From Thermodesulfobacteriota bacterium (GTDB lineage: Bacteria > Desulfobacterota > Binatia > Bin18), in NCBI GenBank assembly GCA_964291405.2, contig OZ219926.1:1333825-1397824 (forward strand): 64,000 nucleotides of DNA, written 5' to 3'. Position 1 is the first letter of the stretch. Each line of letters starts with the position of its first letter. Below are positions 48,017-57,502 of this stretch, piece by piece. Made by a program: the position numbers and the translations under genes. Under the pieces are notes generated by a model, which saw only the letters and a program-made list of their open reading frames with translations, ran no database searches and was not told the DNA's origin.

Positions 48017-49313
48017 CTAGAGAAACCGACTCCGGAGTCGAGCGAGCGGTTGGAGGACAAATCGAGATGCGCCTTCCATAACACGCTTACTCCGGACTGG
48101 CTTGAGATCACGCAGAGGAAAGGCGCATTCTTCCGGATTGTCTGCGACAAACATGTTGGCGACCTGGCGGCCCATCTGGGTGCCTAACACAATGCCATTG
48201 CCGCAGTAGGAATTCGCCGCATACAGGCCAGGGGCAAGAGAGTAGAGGTGGGGGAGAATGTCGGTATTCATCGCAATCTGGCCAAAATGGACGTAGCGCC
48301 ACGCGGGAAGGGCCACCGTGGGAAAAATGCGCTTGAATTTGTTGGTAAATTGCGCGGCCACTTTTTCGGGCTCGAAAGAGGGAAGGGCAAGCGCGGCGGT
48401 ACTGGTTCCAAGTCGCCCTTCCGTATCCACTCGTAGGCTGAAAATGTTTGAATAGTCAACGTCGATAAAGCCGCCATCCTTCGGCAGCAGTGCGGCACCC
48501 TTATCAGGCAGTGGATCAGTCGCAACAAAAGCTAAGGTCCAACGAATAAAGCTGTTCTGCAGGCCCGGCCATAAACCTTGCTCATACGCATTTGTCGCCA
48601 ACAAAACTCGACTGGCCAAAACTGAGCCCTTGGGGGTGAGCAGCTTCCAACGATCTCGCTGCTGCTGAAGCGATTGCACCGGGCTATTGCTATAGACGTG
48701 GACGCCACAGCTCTGAGCAGCGCGGGCCAGTCCCCGCACGTACGATAACGGGTTGATCAAGCCGCTATTCACCACACGCATACCGTGCCTATAGCGATCG
48801 GTCGGTATCACTTCAGCCAGCTGCGCCGCGTCAAGGATTTCAATCGGATGATCGTATGCCGCCCATTCTTCGGCCTCAGTTTCGAGCGTATCGCGCATGC
48901 GGTCAGTCAGAGACGCGTAGACATGGCCCGTTGTTCGATAATCACACGCAATCTGATACCGCTGGGTTAGTTCATAAATGTAGCGGCCCTTCAGGGGCAA
49001 GGCGATTGAGCCGTTGTCCGCGCTCCTCACCGCCATTTGACGATCTGCGACGGCGGTGTATGGAACCACCAGTTTGGACACACCCAGCTGCACTGCGTCC
49101 TGACGCTCCCCAGCCGGGCTGGCCTGCGTCTAATAGTGCGACGCTCTTACCCGCAGCGGCCAGATGGAGAGCTGCGGAGCAGCCCGTGTATCCAGCCCCG
49201 ACAACGGCAACCTCGACATCGCCGTCTCCATCAAGCTGCCGGGCATCTGGTGCGGGTATCGCTGTTTCCAGCCAAACGCTTTTGTCTCGATTGTCCCACG
49301 CTGAGATATCCAT
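48017..49313 (-). CDS. FAD-dependent (DAO-family) oxidoreductase with an apparent frameshift near 49085-49105
   Basis: ORF 48972..49313 encodes VAVVGAGYTGCSAALHLAAAGKSVALLDAGQPGWGASGR. ORF 48017..49093 encodes the rest in another frame. The span of 1297 nt is not a multiple of three. Confidence 0.7.
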
Positions 49314-49570
49314 AGGTGCACTCCAAAAAAGCTATAGCGATACTCACTTCATCCGCCACACACGGTGTGCCTCACTACGATGTAACTTTGACTCCCGTCC
49401 GGCCAATAGAAGGGTATTGCACGGCATACCGTCCGCTGCCGTTCTTCGCTTGCTGTCGTCCCTGTTCTTCACGTTCGCTAAAGCAGTGTCAAGCTCAGGA
49501 ACAACACTCCCCTAGCAATGGGACATCTTCCGCAGTATTTTCCATTCATTCAAATTGATCAGAGGATCTT

Positions 49571-50758
49571 ATGCGAACGAGTCAAGATAGCATTCTTACC
49601 ACCCACGTTGGCAGCTTGCCGCGCAGCGAACCGCTGATGCGTATGCTGCTCGATAAAGAGCAGGGCAATGCGCTGGATGAGGCGAGCTTTGAGTCTCAAG
49701 TCAGGGACGATCTGGCTTTCATCCTGCAAAAACAGCGTGAAGTGGGCATTGATATCCCAAACGATGGCGAACTGCCGCGTCTGGGTTTCTCGTTTTATGT
49801 TAAAGACCGCATGACCGGTTTTGGCGGCCATGCCCAGCGGGGCACGGTGACCGATTTTGCTAAGTTTCCAGGCTATGTCGCGCTCAAGACGGGCCGCCCG
49901 GCTGGTGAAGAGATCAAACAGAGTGCCACCATGTACGACATGCCCGAATGTCAAAGTGCCGTGCTGTATGATGCTGAGAAACGCGTTGCCCACCAGGAAC
50001 TACGACTGTTCAGCGAGGTATTAAACAATGATAATGCAACGGCCGAGACGTTTGTCACCGCCGCCACACCCGGTATTGTCTCGACCACGCTGTTGCGGAA
50101 TGCAGACAATCCCGATTACGCCACTGACCGTGATTATGTGCTCGCCCTGGCCGAAGAACTCCGCCACGAATACGAGCTGATTGTTGAACAGGGCCACATT
50201 CTGCAGCTGGATGCTCCGGACCTGGCGATAGAGCGTCAAATCATGTTTCTCAATCAGCCGCTGGACGCGTTTCTCAAGCGGGTTGAGCTGCACATCGAGG
50301 CCATCAATGCTGCCTTGGTGAATATCCCGCGTGACCGGGTGCGTATGCATGTGTGCTGGGGCAACTGGGACGGGCCGCATATCGACGATATGGACTTGGA
50401 GCCGCTTTTGCCGCTTCTCTATCAAGCCAAAGTTGGCGGACTGAGTATTCCGTTTGCCAATCCCCGCCATCAGCATGAAGTGAAGCTCTTCAAACGCTAT
50501 CCCCTACCGTCAGACATGGTCCTGATTCCCGGTCTCATTGACGTGACGACGAACTACCTCGAACACCCCGAAGTGGTCGCCGACCGAATTGAGACGATCA
50601 CGAATATTGTTGGGGATCCAAAGCGAATCATCGCTGGCACAGATTGTGGCTTCAGCACCTTTGCCGGTTATGTTATGGTTGCGCACGATGTGGTGTGGGA
50701 GAAACTGCGGATGTTGTCAGAAGGCGCCAAGCTTGCCACCGCGCGACTGTTTTCATAG
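49571..50758 (+). CDS. cobalamin-independent methionine synthase (MetE C-terminal domain)-like family protein
   Basis: 395 aa, with ILTTHVGSLPRS, GIDIPNDGE and the late pattern GTDCGF. Confidence 0.75.
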   Translation: MRTSQDSILTTHVGSLPRSEPLMRMLLDKEQGNALDEASFESQVRDDLAFILQKQREVGIDIPNDGELPRLGFSFYVKDRMTGFGGHAQRGTVTDFAKFPGYVALKTGRPAGEEIKQSATMYDMPECQSAVLYDAEKRVAHQELRLFSEVLNNDNATAETFVTAATPGIVSTTLLRNADNPDYATDRDYVLALAEELRHEYELIVEQGHILQLDAPDLAIERQIMFLNQPLDAFLKRVELHIEAINAALVNIPRDRVRMHVCWGNWDGPHIDDMDLEPLLPLLYQAKVGGLSIPFANPRHQHEVKLFKRYPLPSDMVLIPGLIDVTTNYLEHPEVVADRIETITNIVGDPKRIIAGTDCGFSTFAGYVMVAHDVVWEKLRMLSEGAKLATARLFS

Positions 50759-50801
50759 CCTTTCCAGTCTTCTCTACGTAATACAATAAGGAGGAGGACC
50801 T

Positions 50802-51383
50802 ATGGAGCCCAGAAATCCAAGCCGTGAAGAGTTAGCGCAGCGGGTCGCTCGCTTTGACCAACTGCAACCCATGTCTACGGCCAAAGAGCTTGCCGACATA
50901 CCCCAGGAGGCGATGGACATCATTTTTGCCCGCACGCTCATGCCGGTGATCCTGGAAAAGACAAAAAATCCGTTCGGCGATACGGCCGCGATTTATGGCG
51001 CAGCAGGTACCACGATGAACGTCTCGGTCTGCCCGCCAGACCAGGGGCCGTGTCTGCACTCCCATAACCACACCTATGAAACCTTCATGGTACTGGACGG
51101 TGCGTTTGAGTTCAGCGTGGGTGATGACGGCCAAGAAAAAATCATCCTGAACAAATGGGACGTCTTTTCCTGTCCGCCAGGCATGTACCGGGGCTTCAAG
51201 AATGTGGCCGACACTGACAGTGTCTTGCTGACGGTCATTACTGGGGCGGTGCATGAACGCGACGACGTATCGGTCCCACCCCAAGTGACCGAACAAGTCC
51301 GTGACGGCTATGGCGAAGAGGTGCTCAACGCGTTTAAGAAAATCGCCACGTTCAACGAGCGCGATGAAGGCGAACAGGCATAA
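50802..51383 (+). CDS. cupin domain protein
   Basis: 193 aa, with the cupin metal motif context CLHSHNHTYETFMVLDG ... GMYRGF. Confidence 0.65.
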   Translation: MEPRNPSREELAQRVARFDQLQPMSTAKELADIPQEAMDIIFARTLMPVILEKTKNPFGDTAAIYGAAGTTMNVSVCPPDQGPCLHSHNHTYETFMVLDGAFEFSVGDDGQEKIILNKWDVFSCPPGMYRGFKNVADTDSVLLTVITGAVHERDDVSVPPQVTEQVRDGYGEEVLNAFKKIATFNERDEGEQA

Positions 51384-51439
51384 GCGCAAGCCGTATTAGG
51401 AAGAGAAGCAACGAGACTTAGAGCAAATTACGATTCCGT

Positions 51440-51579
51440 GTAGCCCTTCGACTTCAGGCGCGTTGCGCCTGCCGCTCAGGACTAACGGTCTGCCGTTCGT
51501 GCTGAGCGTAGCGGAGCGAAGTCGAAGCAGGGATGCCGGAGCGCGTCCGACATGACGAGCACGTAACGGCAGGGCTACA
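51440..51579. repeat. nested palindromic (REP/MITE-like) element
   Basis: The outer arms are TGTAGCCC / GGGCTACA (51440-51447 / 51572-51579). Next come CTTCGACTTC / GAAGTCGAAG, then GCTCAG / CTGAGC, with a central hairpin AACGG-TCTG-CCGTT. Confidence 0.55.
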
Positions 51580-51703
51580 GCCTATAGTAAAACGCTCTAA
51601 GCGAGTAGGGTTACAACTGCCCTGCTCATACCCGCGACATAGGCCGCCCTGCTTTCGGCACTCAGTACCAAGCCGGTCGATACACAGCTCAGAACAAACG
51701 CCA

Positions 51704-52255
51704 CATCCCGCGCAGCATGACCGGGAAGCCTCCCTCCCGATCGAGAACTACGAAGCGCTGAAACGGGAGGGGTTCTATGAGCTGACCATCCCCACGAACT
51801 TTGGAGGTGGGGGCGCGGGTTTGCTGGACTGGGTGCTGGCCGTCGAGGAGCTGGCCCAAGGGTGTCCGAGTACGGCCCTCAGCTTCACCATGCATGCCGC
51901 CGGGGTGCGGATTCTCATCGACACGCCCACGACTCCGCCGGCCGCCAAACAGCGCATCGCCCAGCTGGTTGCCAAGGAACACAAGCTGTTTGCCTCCGCT
52001 TTTACGGAACCAGGCTCTTCTAGTCTCCTGATCGGCCTGCCCTTTGTCCCGAGCGTCCAAGCCCGGCGAGTCGACGGTGGGTACATGTTGCAAGGCCGCA
52101 AGGCGTTTACCTCGATGGGGGAAGCCAGTGATTATCTGATGCTCATGGTCCATCCGCAGAAATCATCCAATCCCCTGGAGATGCTGATGCTCCTGGGGCC
52201 GTATCCTGCGCCCGGCCTGCGGGTGGAGCATTTAATGCAGCCATTGACGCTTTGA
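51704..52255 (+). pseudogene. acyl-CoA dehydrogenase fragment (N-terminal and middle domains only)
   Basis: The translation HDREASLPIENYEALKREGFYELTIPTNFGGGGAG...GYMLQGRKAFTS stops before the C-terminal helical domain. The first roughly 40 family residues are also missing. Confidence 0.55.
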
Positions 52256-52611
52256 TACATGCCCCAGAGAAAGTATCGGATTGCTTCGCTGAAGATGTCC
52301 TCTGGATTAACTATGTGCCGCAGCATCTGCCTTATGGTGGTGAGTACAGGGGACTTGATGAACTGGCTAAGCTTTTCGCTCAATATATGGCAGCGCTCGA
52401 AATTGGAAAGCTTGAGTTCGATGAATATTTTGTCACTGCAGACAGTGTTTTAATTGTGACGGGGAACGAATGCGAGAGTCGGGTGAAATCAACCGGAAAG
52501 CATTACACTATGCCGTTTGTTTGGGTTGTCCGTTTTAATGAACATGGAAAAATCAACTATGTACGCGAATATAATGACACGTACCCGATGGCAGAAGCAT
52601 TCAAAGCCTAA
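52252..52611 (+). CDS. SnoaL/NTF2-like protein, possibly 5'-truncated
   Basis: 119 aa from a TTG start. The same frame continues upstream as AFNAAIDAL without a start codon and abuts the ACAD fragment. Confidence 0.55.
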   Translation: MIHAPEKVSDCFAEDVLWINYVPQHLPYGGEYRGLDELAKLFAQYMAALEIGKLEFDEYFVTADSVLIVTGNECESRVKSTGKHYTMPFVWVVRFNEHGKINYVREYNDTYPMAEAFKA

Positions 52612-52720
52612 ACAGATCAACCAGCAACGTCCCATGTTAGCTCTGTCCAATTATCTGGCTCGAGTGCGAAATTCACGCAGGCTGGATACCTGAACCGCGC
52701 AAACTCTGAGGAGGAAACCA

Positions 52721-53263
52721 ATGGGTAAACGAGTACGCCGGGTCCTTACCGGCCACAATGCCGACAACAAGTCCTACATCATGGAGGACGGTCCCGCGCC
52801 GAACCACATGGAGATGGGCTCGATGGCCGGTCTCCTGGTCACCGATATCTGGGAAACAACCACCATGCCGGCGGACAATAGCGGCAGTGCCGATAACGCC
52901 GACCGCCCCATTCGCCTCGAGCCGCCGCCGAACGGTACCATCTGCCGCGTGGTTGAATTTCCACCGGACTCGACGTGGAAGAACGATGCCTCCGGTCTCG
53001 AAGGATTCGATTCCATCGGCGCCGGGCACGCGGTCAGTAGTGACAGCGACGATCCAATGATGCACGTCACGACCACCACGGACTACGCCATCGTCCTCGA
53101 GGGCGAAGTGTGGGCCGTGATGGACGAAGGCAAGACCTGCCTCAAGGCCGGCGATATCCTGGTCCAGCGCGGCACGATGCATTCGTGGTCGGTGCGAACG
53201 GATCAGACCGCGCGTGTCGCTTTCGTCCTGGTGGATGCTGCACCACTGCCCCATCAGAAATAG
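52721..53263 (+). CDS. cupin domain protein
   Basis: 180 aa, with DYAIVLEGEVWAVMDEGKTCLKAGDILVQRGTMHSW. Confidence 0.65.
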   Translation: MGKRVRRVLTGHNADNKSYIMEDGPAPNHMEMGSMAGLLVTDIWETTTMPADNSGSADNADRPIRLEPPPNGTICRVVEFPPDSTWKNDASGLEGFDSIGAGHAVSSDSDDPMMHVTTTTDYAIVLEGEVWAVMDEGKTCLKAGDILVQRGTMHSWSVRTDQTARVAFVLVDAAPLPHQK

Positions 53264-53416
53264 GCTGCGTGCAATTCTCCCAGAGCATCAAGATCGCGCG
53301 ACCGTGTGACGGTACCGTTTGACGAGCAACCGGACAGAAAGTGTACTCAAGAAGAGTGGCGACCAGAGCGTTCTGCCAGACGACTCTTCCTTTCCCCCCA
53401 AAGTCGCCTATGAACC

Positions 53417-54250
53417 TCAGCCGCCGACTGGCCCAAGTGGAACGGGACCGGTTGGGGGATACGAGCCGTCTGTGTCGTGCACTTCCTGACCGGTCAGCGG
53501 TGGGTCGAATACGCTAATGCCGTGAAAATCGCTCAACGCTTTGACGTGATGGCGGTCTTTCGGCCCGACCACATACAGGCCGCCGGGACCGATAATATGC
53601 ACGGCTCCGGTGGCGGAATCGGTCACCTCAAGCGTGCCGTCTAGCACCACGTTTGCTTCCCAGTGGTGTTTGTACCACAAGTCTGCTTCCCCGCCCGCTT
53701 GCAGGCGGACCGCCGAAAAGGAGAACCCGAGCTGGTCGGCGGCGGTCAAATAGCGGGCCGTGATGGCGACGCCGCCCGCGATCACCCGCTCCAAGCCCGC
53801 ATTACGAACATCGGCGAGAGTTCTGACGAACATGCGATCCTGACCTTGAGGAGCATCACCCGTTGGGGGATAGGACCCGTCTGCATCGTGGGTCTCATTG
53901 CCTTCGAGCGGCGGGGAGAAGACACTGATGACACGCAGGTCTGATGGTTCCTCACAGATGATGCGATGTCGGTCCTGAGGACCAACGCAATAGAGCACGT
54001 CGGGTTCGAGGGGCCAGCGTTCTTCCGTGGCCCGGTTCTCCAGGGTGGCGTTTCCCGAATACACGTAGTTGGCCTCCCAGTGGTGTTTGTACCAGACATC
54101 CAGTGATCCGACCTGCTGTGTCCGGGCTTCAGACACGCTAAACCCGAGTCTATCGGCTTTGGTGAGCAGACGGACGGCCGTCGCTTTGCCGTGGGCAATC
54201 GAGATAACCCGATCATCGGCTTCCAGTTGGTTCATCGTACGAATCAGCAT
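53417..54250 (-). CDS. tandem double EctC-like (L-ectoine synthase fold) cupin protein
   Basis: 277 aa made of two homologous halves. Each half has WYKHHWEAN(Y/V)V, VGP(Q/K)DRH and D(A/T)DGSYPPTG, motifs characteristic of EctC. Confidence 0.7.
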   Translation of the reverse strand: MLIRTMNQLEADDRVISIAHGKATAVRLLTKADRLGFSVSEARTQQVGSLDVWYKHHWEANYVYSGNATLENRATEERWPLEPDVLYCVGPQDRHRIICEEPSDLRVISVFSPPLEGNETHDADGSYPPTGDAPQGQDRMFVRTLADVRNAGLERVIAGGVAITARYLTAADQLGFSFSAVRLQAGGEADLWYKHHWEANVVLDGTLEVTDSATGAVHIIGPGGLYVVGPKDRHHVKALSDFHGISVFDPPLTGQEVHDTDGSYPPTGPVPLGPVGG

Positions 54251-54430
54251 AGTGGTCCCCCTTTGATGGACTCGGTACGAACTGGTAGCAGGTTAGGGAA
54301 GTCGGGATAGTCGATTTCCGTGATTTTTGTAATCGTTGTGTCGCCGACTTTCCATTTGAGATTCGTATCGACCTCCTTTTTTCACGGCATTCGCGTATTC
54401 GACCCACCGCTGACCTTGTTGGGAAATACC

Positions 54431-55078
54431 CTACGAGGGGTTTTGCTTTCCCCAGCGATCAAAATGCGTCAGCTCTTCTGCTGGCCGGCGCGTAATGGGT
54501 CCGAACTTCCCTTGAGGGAAACCAATGGGAATGAGCGCAACCGCCCCATAGTTCTCAGGGATACCAAAGTGGTCATGCAGCTCTTCTTCAAAGAACATCT
54601 GGGCCGTGGTCAGGGTGGCACCCAGACCCAATCCGCGACACGCCAGGAGAATATTCTGCACGCAAGGATACACGGAGCCGTAAGATGGAGGTGCTTTGCC
54701 CACCCGCTGATCCGGGGGTACGGCTGCCGGCCAATCTCTTAATCCGGAGCAGAGGAGCAAGACCGGCACTTCGTGCATATGTTCGGACAGATACTGAGCC
54801 GCACGACCCATCCGGGCCTGCGAAGAAGGGTCCCCCGGCGCCGGCTGCATTGTGCCAAAGCGGGAGGCTACAGCCCGGTGGTAGCGCTCTTGTATGAATT
54901 TCTTGCCCTCTGGATCCTGCACGACCAAAAACGCCCAAGGCTGAGTGTTTTGCCCGCTGGGAGCTTTTGTGCCCGCCTCCAACACTTTGCGAATCAGCTC
55001 TAAAGGAACCGGGTCCGGCTTGAGCCGTCGCATCGCCCGCATCGTGTTCATCGTCTCAAAAAGGTCTATCTCCGGCAT
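54431..55078 (-). CDS. nitroreductase family protein
   Basis: The ATG at 55078 follows AAGGAGGA. The sequence contains MRAMRRLKPDPVPLELIRKVLEAGTKAPSGQNTQPWAFLVV. Confidence 0.8.
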   Translation of the reverse strand: MPEIDLFETMNTMRAMRRLKPDPVPLELIRKVLEAGTKAPSGQNTQPWAFLVVQDPEGKKFIQERYHRAVASRFGTMQPAPGDPSSQARMGRAAQYLSEHMHEVPVLLLCSGLRDWPAAVPPDQRVGKAPPSYGSVYPCVQNILLACRGLGLGATLTTAQMFFEEELHDHFGIPENYGAVALIPIGFPQGKFGPITRRPAEELTHFDRWGKQNPS

Positions 55079-55114
55079 GGGTACTCCTCCTTCTGTCCTT
55101 TTTGCGTTCTGCCA

Positions 55115-55370
55115 AACCATCGTCATCACCGGCATGGCAACTAACTACTGTTGCATGACGACATCCATCGACACTTTTAATCGTGATTACGACGTGATCT
55201 TCGTCGACGATCTCAATTGCACGATAGCTTCGAGCGACGGGACAGACGCCGCGACGATGCACCGCATCACGGTTGAGACGCTGAAGGACGGCTTCATCTC
55301 CGAGTTGGTTACCGCCGACGATCTCCTAGCGCGGCTCGACGCCGACACCGAAACACGCGCTGCCGTCTGA
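55115..55370 (+). pseudogene. C-terminal fragment of an isochorismatase-family hydrolase
   Basis: TIVITGMATNYCCMTTSIDTFNRDYDVIFVDD corresponds only to the last third of the family. The N-terminal two thirds are absent. Confidence 0.55.
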
Positions 55371-55418
55371 TCGGTATTGGACTCGTCCCGGACCTGCTGG
55401 TGGCGCAAATCGGCTGCA

Positions 55419-55694
55419 CTACACCCCTAACCAATACAGTCCAATAAGGATGACACAGATCGAGACGGCCCACACTTCAAACGCTATTCGTAGTGGCAAT
55501 GGCGCCGTTCTGAGTTCCATGAAATCAAGAAAGACGAAACGGATTTTGACAAAGGTGATAATCAAAATGGCGGCGGTCGCGTAGTGAGATTTCTCCCCAA
55601 AACCGAATCCATGCCCAAACTGCCACGACAATCCTGTCGCCACTATCAAGCCGACCCAAATACCGGTCACTCTGGATTGAAGCGAAACTGCCAT
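55419..55694 (-). CDS. prokaryotic cytochrome c oxidase subunit IV-family small membrane protein
   Basis: 91 aa with three predicted helices. It lies immediately downstream of the subunit III-like gene. Confidence 0.55.
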   Translation of the reverse strand: MAVSLQSRVTGIWVGLIVATGLSWQFGHGFGFGEKSHYATAAILIITFVKIRFVFLDFMELRTAPLPLRIAFEVWAVSICVILIGLYWLGV

Positions 55695-55697
55695 GCA

Positions 55698-56285
55698 TCA
55701 CCGCATCAGATACAGCAGCGCGAAAAGCGCGATCCACAAGATGTCCACGAGGTGCCAAAAACACGCCCCGCTTTCGAGCACGCCCACGCCTTGAGCATCA
55801 AATTCCGCATCGCGCACGGACTGCCAGAGGAAAACCAGCACGCCAATCCCAATCACCATGTGCAGCAGATGAATACCCGTCATCAGGTAGTAGTACATAA
55901 AGAAATTATTCGTCTCTATGGTCAAACCGGCGGCAAACTTTTCGCCCCATTCAAAATATTTGATGACGACGAAACCAATACCGCAAAGGGTTGCCACCAC
56001 GAAACAGCCGCGGGCCCGCGAAAGCTGGCCTGCCCGAGCGCCGTGAACGGCGAGTGCGACCAGCCAAGAACTCGTCAACAGCAGCACGGTGTTGAGGAGC
56101 CCGAGGGTTTGGTTCAGCAGTTGCTGCTGTTCGACGAATAACGCGACTTCTTGCGATCGATCGTAGACAAATACCGAGAACAACAGAGAAAAGACCAGGA
56201 TGTCGCCGATGATGAACATCCACACGCCGGTTTCGCCAGGCAGGTGCGGCTTGACCGAGTCCGGCAGCGCGGAAGTTGAAGACAT
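55698..56285 (-). CDS. heme-copper oxidase subunit III-family membrane protein (NorE-like)
   Basis: 195 aa. The C-terminal motif is FWHLVDILWIALFALLYL, and GIHLLHMVIG is also present. Confidence 0.7.
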   Translation of the reverse strand: MSSTSALPDSVKPHLPGETGVWMFIIGDILVFSLLFSVFVYDRSQEVALFVEQQQLLNQTLGLLNTVLLLTSSWLVALAVHGARAGQLSRARGCFVVATLCGIGFVVIKYFEWGEKFAAGLTIETNNFFMYYYLMTGIHLLHMVIGIGVLVFLWQSVRDAEFDAQGVGVLESGACFWHLVDILWIALFALLYLMR

Positions 56286-56300
56286 TGATGAGTCGTCTTT

Positions 56301-57008
56301 CTAGGCGGCCACCGCCGGTTCAGATTGCGCCTGCTGTTTTATCGTGCCCATAAGGATGAAAGGCATCGCGACATACCAGGTAAAAAAGACCAGAAAGGGG
56401 ACCCACCAGACAAACAAGCCATCCCAGGCGAAAGGCCCCGTCTTGAAAAAGGTCAAAAGCCCGCCAGGAACAAACAGCACCGCCACCCAGAGATTGTAGT
56501 ACCCGACCCAACGCGGAAATATCGGCTCCGCCTGCTTATCACTCAAGATACACAGGCCGAGGGCAATGTTCTGGATGATGAACGGCGCGAAGGTCATTAA
56601 CAGCGTGATCCAACCAATATCGTTCAGCATCCGGGTCAGCTCAGGATCGTGATCAGGCCGGAATGCCGCTCCCGTCCAAAACACGGCTGAAAACACAAAC
56701 ACCAGCGTGGTGACACAGCCAGCGCCAAGTTGCGTGTACGTAAATACGGGGACGAGATCGCCTTCGATACGTTTCATCTGCATGGACAGCGCTGCAGCGA
56801 ACGAACAAATAAACCCGGCACTGCTCATAATCAGCAAAATCCCGAAGCGCATGGGCAGGGTGTTTTCGCGATAGATCGTCGCAACTTCTTCGGCGCTGAG
56901 GTTCGGCGAAATCGGCGGAATGAAATTCGCGAACAAAAACCCGGCCAGACAAATCACGGCGAACCCTATCGCGGACCAGGCACAAATCATTTGGTTTCGA
57001 ATATTCAT
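56301..57008 (-). CDS. integral membrane protein of unknown function
   Basis: The ATG at 57008 follows GGGGGAG. It encodes about 235 aa with six or more hydrophobic segments and is co-oriented with the oxidase III/IV-like genes. Confidence 0.55.
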   Translation of the reverse strand: MNIRNQMICAWSAIGFAVICLAGFLFANFIPPISPNLSAEEVATIYRENTLPMRFGILLIMSSAGFICSFAAALSMQMKRIEGDLVPVFTYTQLGAGCVTTLVFVFSAVFWTGAAFRPDHDPELTRMLNDIGWITLLMTFAPFIIQNIALGLCILSDKQAEPIFPRWVGYYNLWVAVLFVPGGLLTFFKTGPFAWDGLFVWWVPFLVFFTWYVAMPFILMGTIKQQAQSEPAVAA

Positions 57009-57163
57009 CTCTCCCCCTTTTGAATCTGAGTTGACATTCGAGTTTTGGGCCATCTCGCGCTCATGCCGAAGCAGACAGGATAAGCCTAAACCTGCCCATC
57101 GCTTGCCGTCAAGCGCTGCCATAAATTAGGTTTTCGTTGACGAGAAATAGCGGCAAAATCAAC

Positions 57164-57229
57164 CTATCCAACCAAGCCATATGGAAAGATCGGAAAGCGG
57201 TATCTCTCCGCGATGGACGATCCGGGCCT
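57164..57229. repeat. dispersed repeat copy B, ending in the direct-repeat arm GATGGACGATCCGGGCCT
   Basis: 57164-57191 matches 39813-39840. 57212-57229 matches 58014-58031 at 17 of 18 nt. Confidence 0.55.
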
Positions 57230-57502
57230 GAAGTTCACTGGCGAGTTTTTTGTGGCGCCGGGAGCCGAAGCTGAAGGATAATGGTGACGCACCTATTGTT
57301 TTAGATTGTCGCAGGGATACTGCAATAAATACGTGCGCCCCATTTACCCCGCTAACGCAAGCTATCGCTAGACAATAAACCTGACACTTTTTTCGATCGG
57401 CCGGCGCAAGCAGCGGGAAGTTAGGGTGGCACGCTGCCGGCTTCGGGTCTATAGTGAATCGACCTAAATATAAAATTCACCCACCTACCGGGGAGGAGCA
57501 TC

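Noticed and set aside
55692-55700. In-frame TGA between the oxidase subunit III-like and subunit IV-like ORFs (possible fourth Sec codon or read-through fusion)
   Set aside because: The two ORFs correspond to two separate, normally independent protein families. The TGA is followed 3 nt later by an ATG start. There is no Cys-motif context and no convincing downstream hairpin. This is ordinary stop/start coupling.
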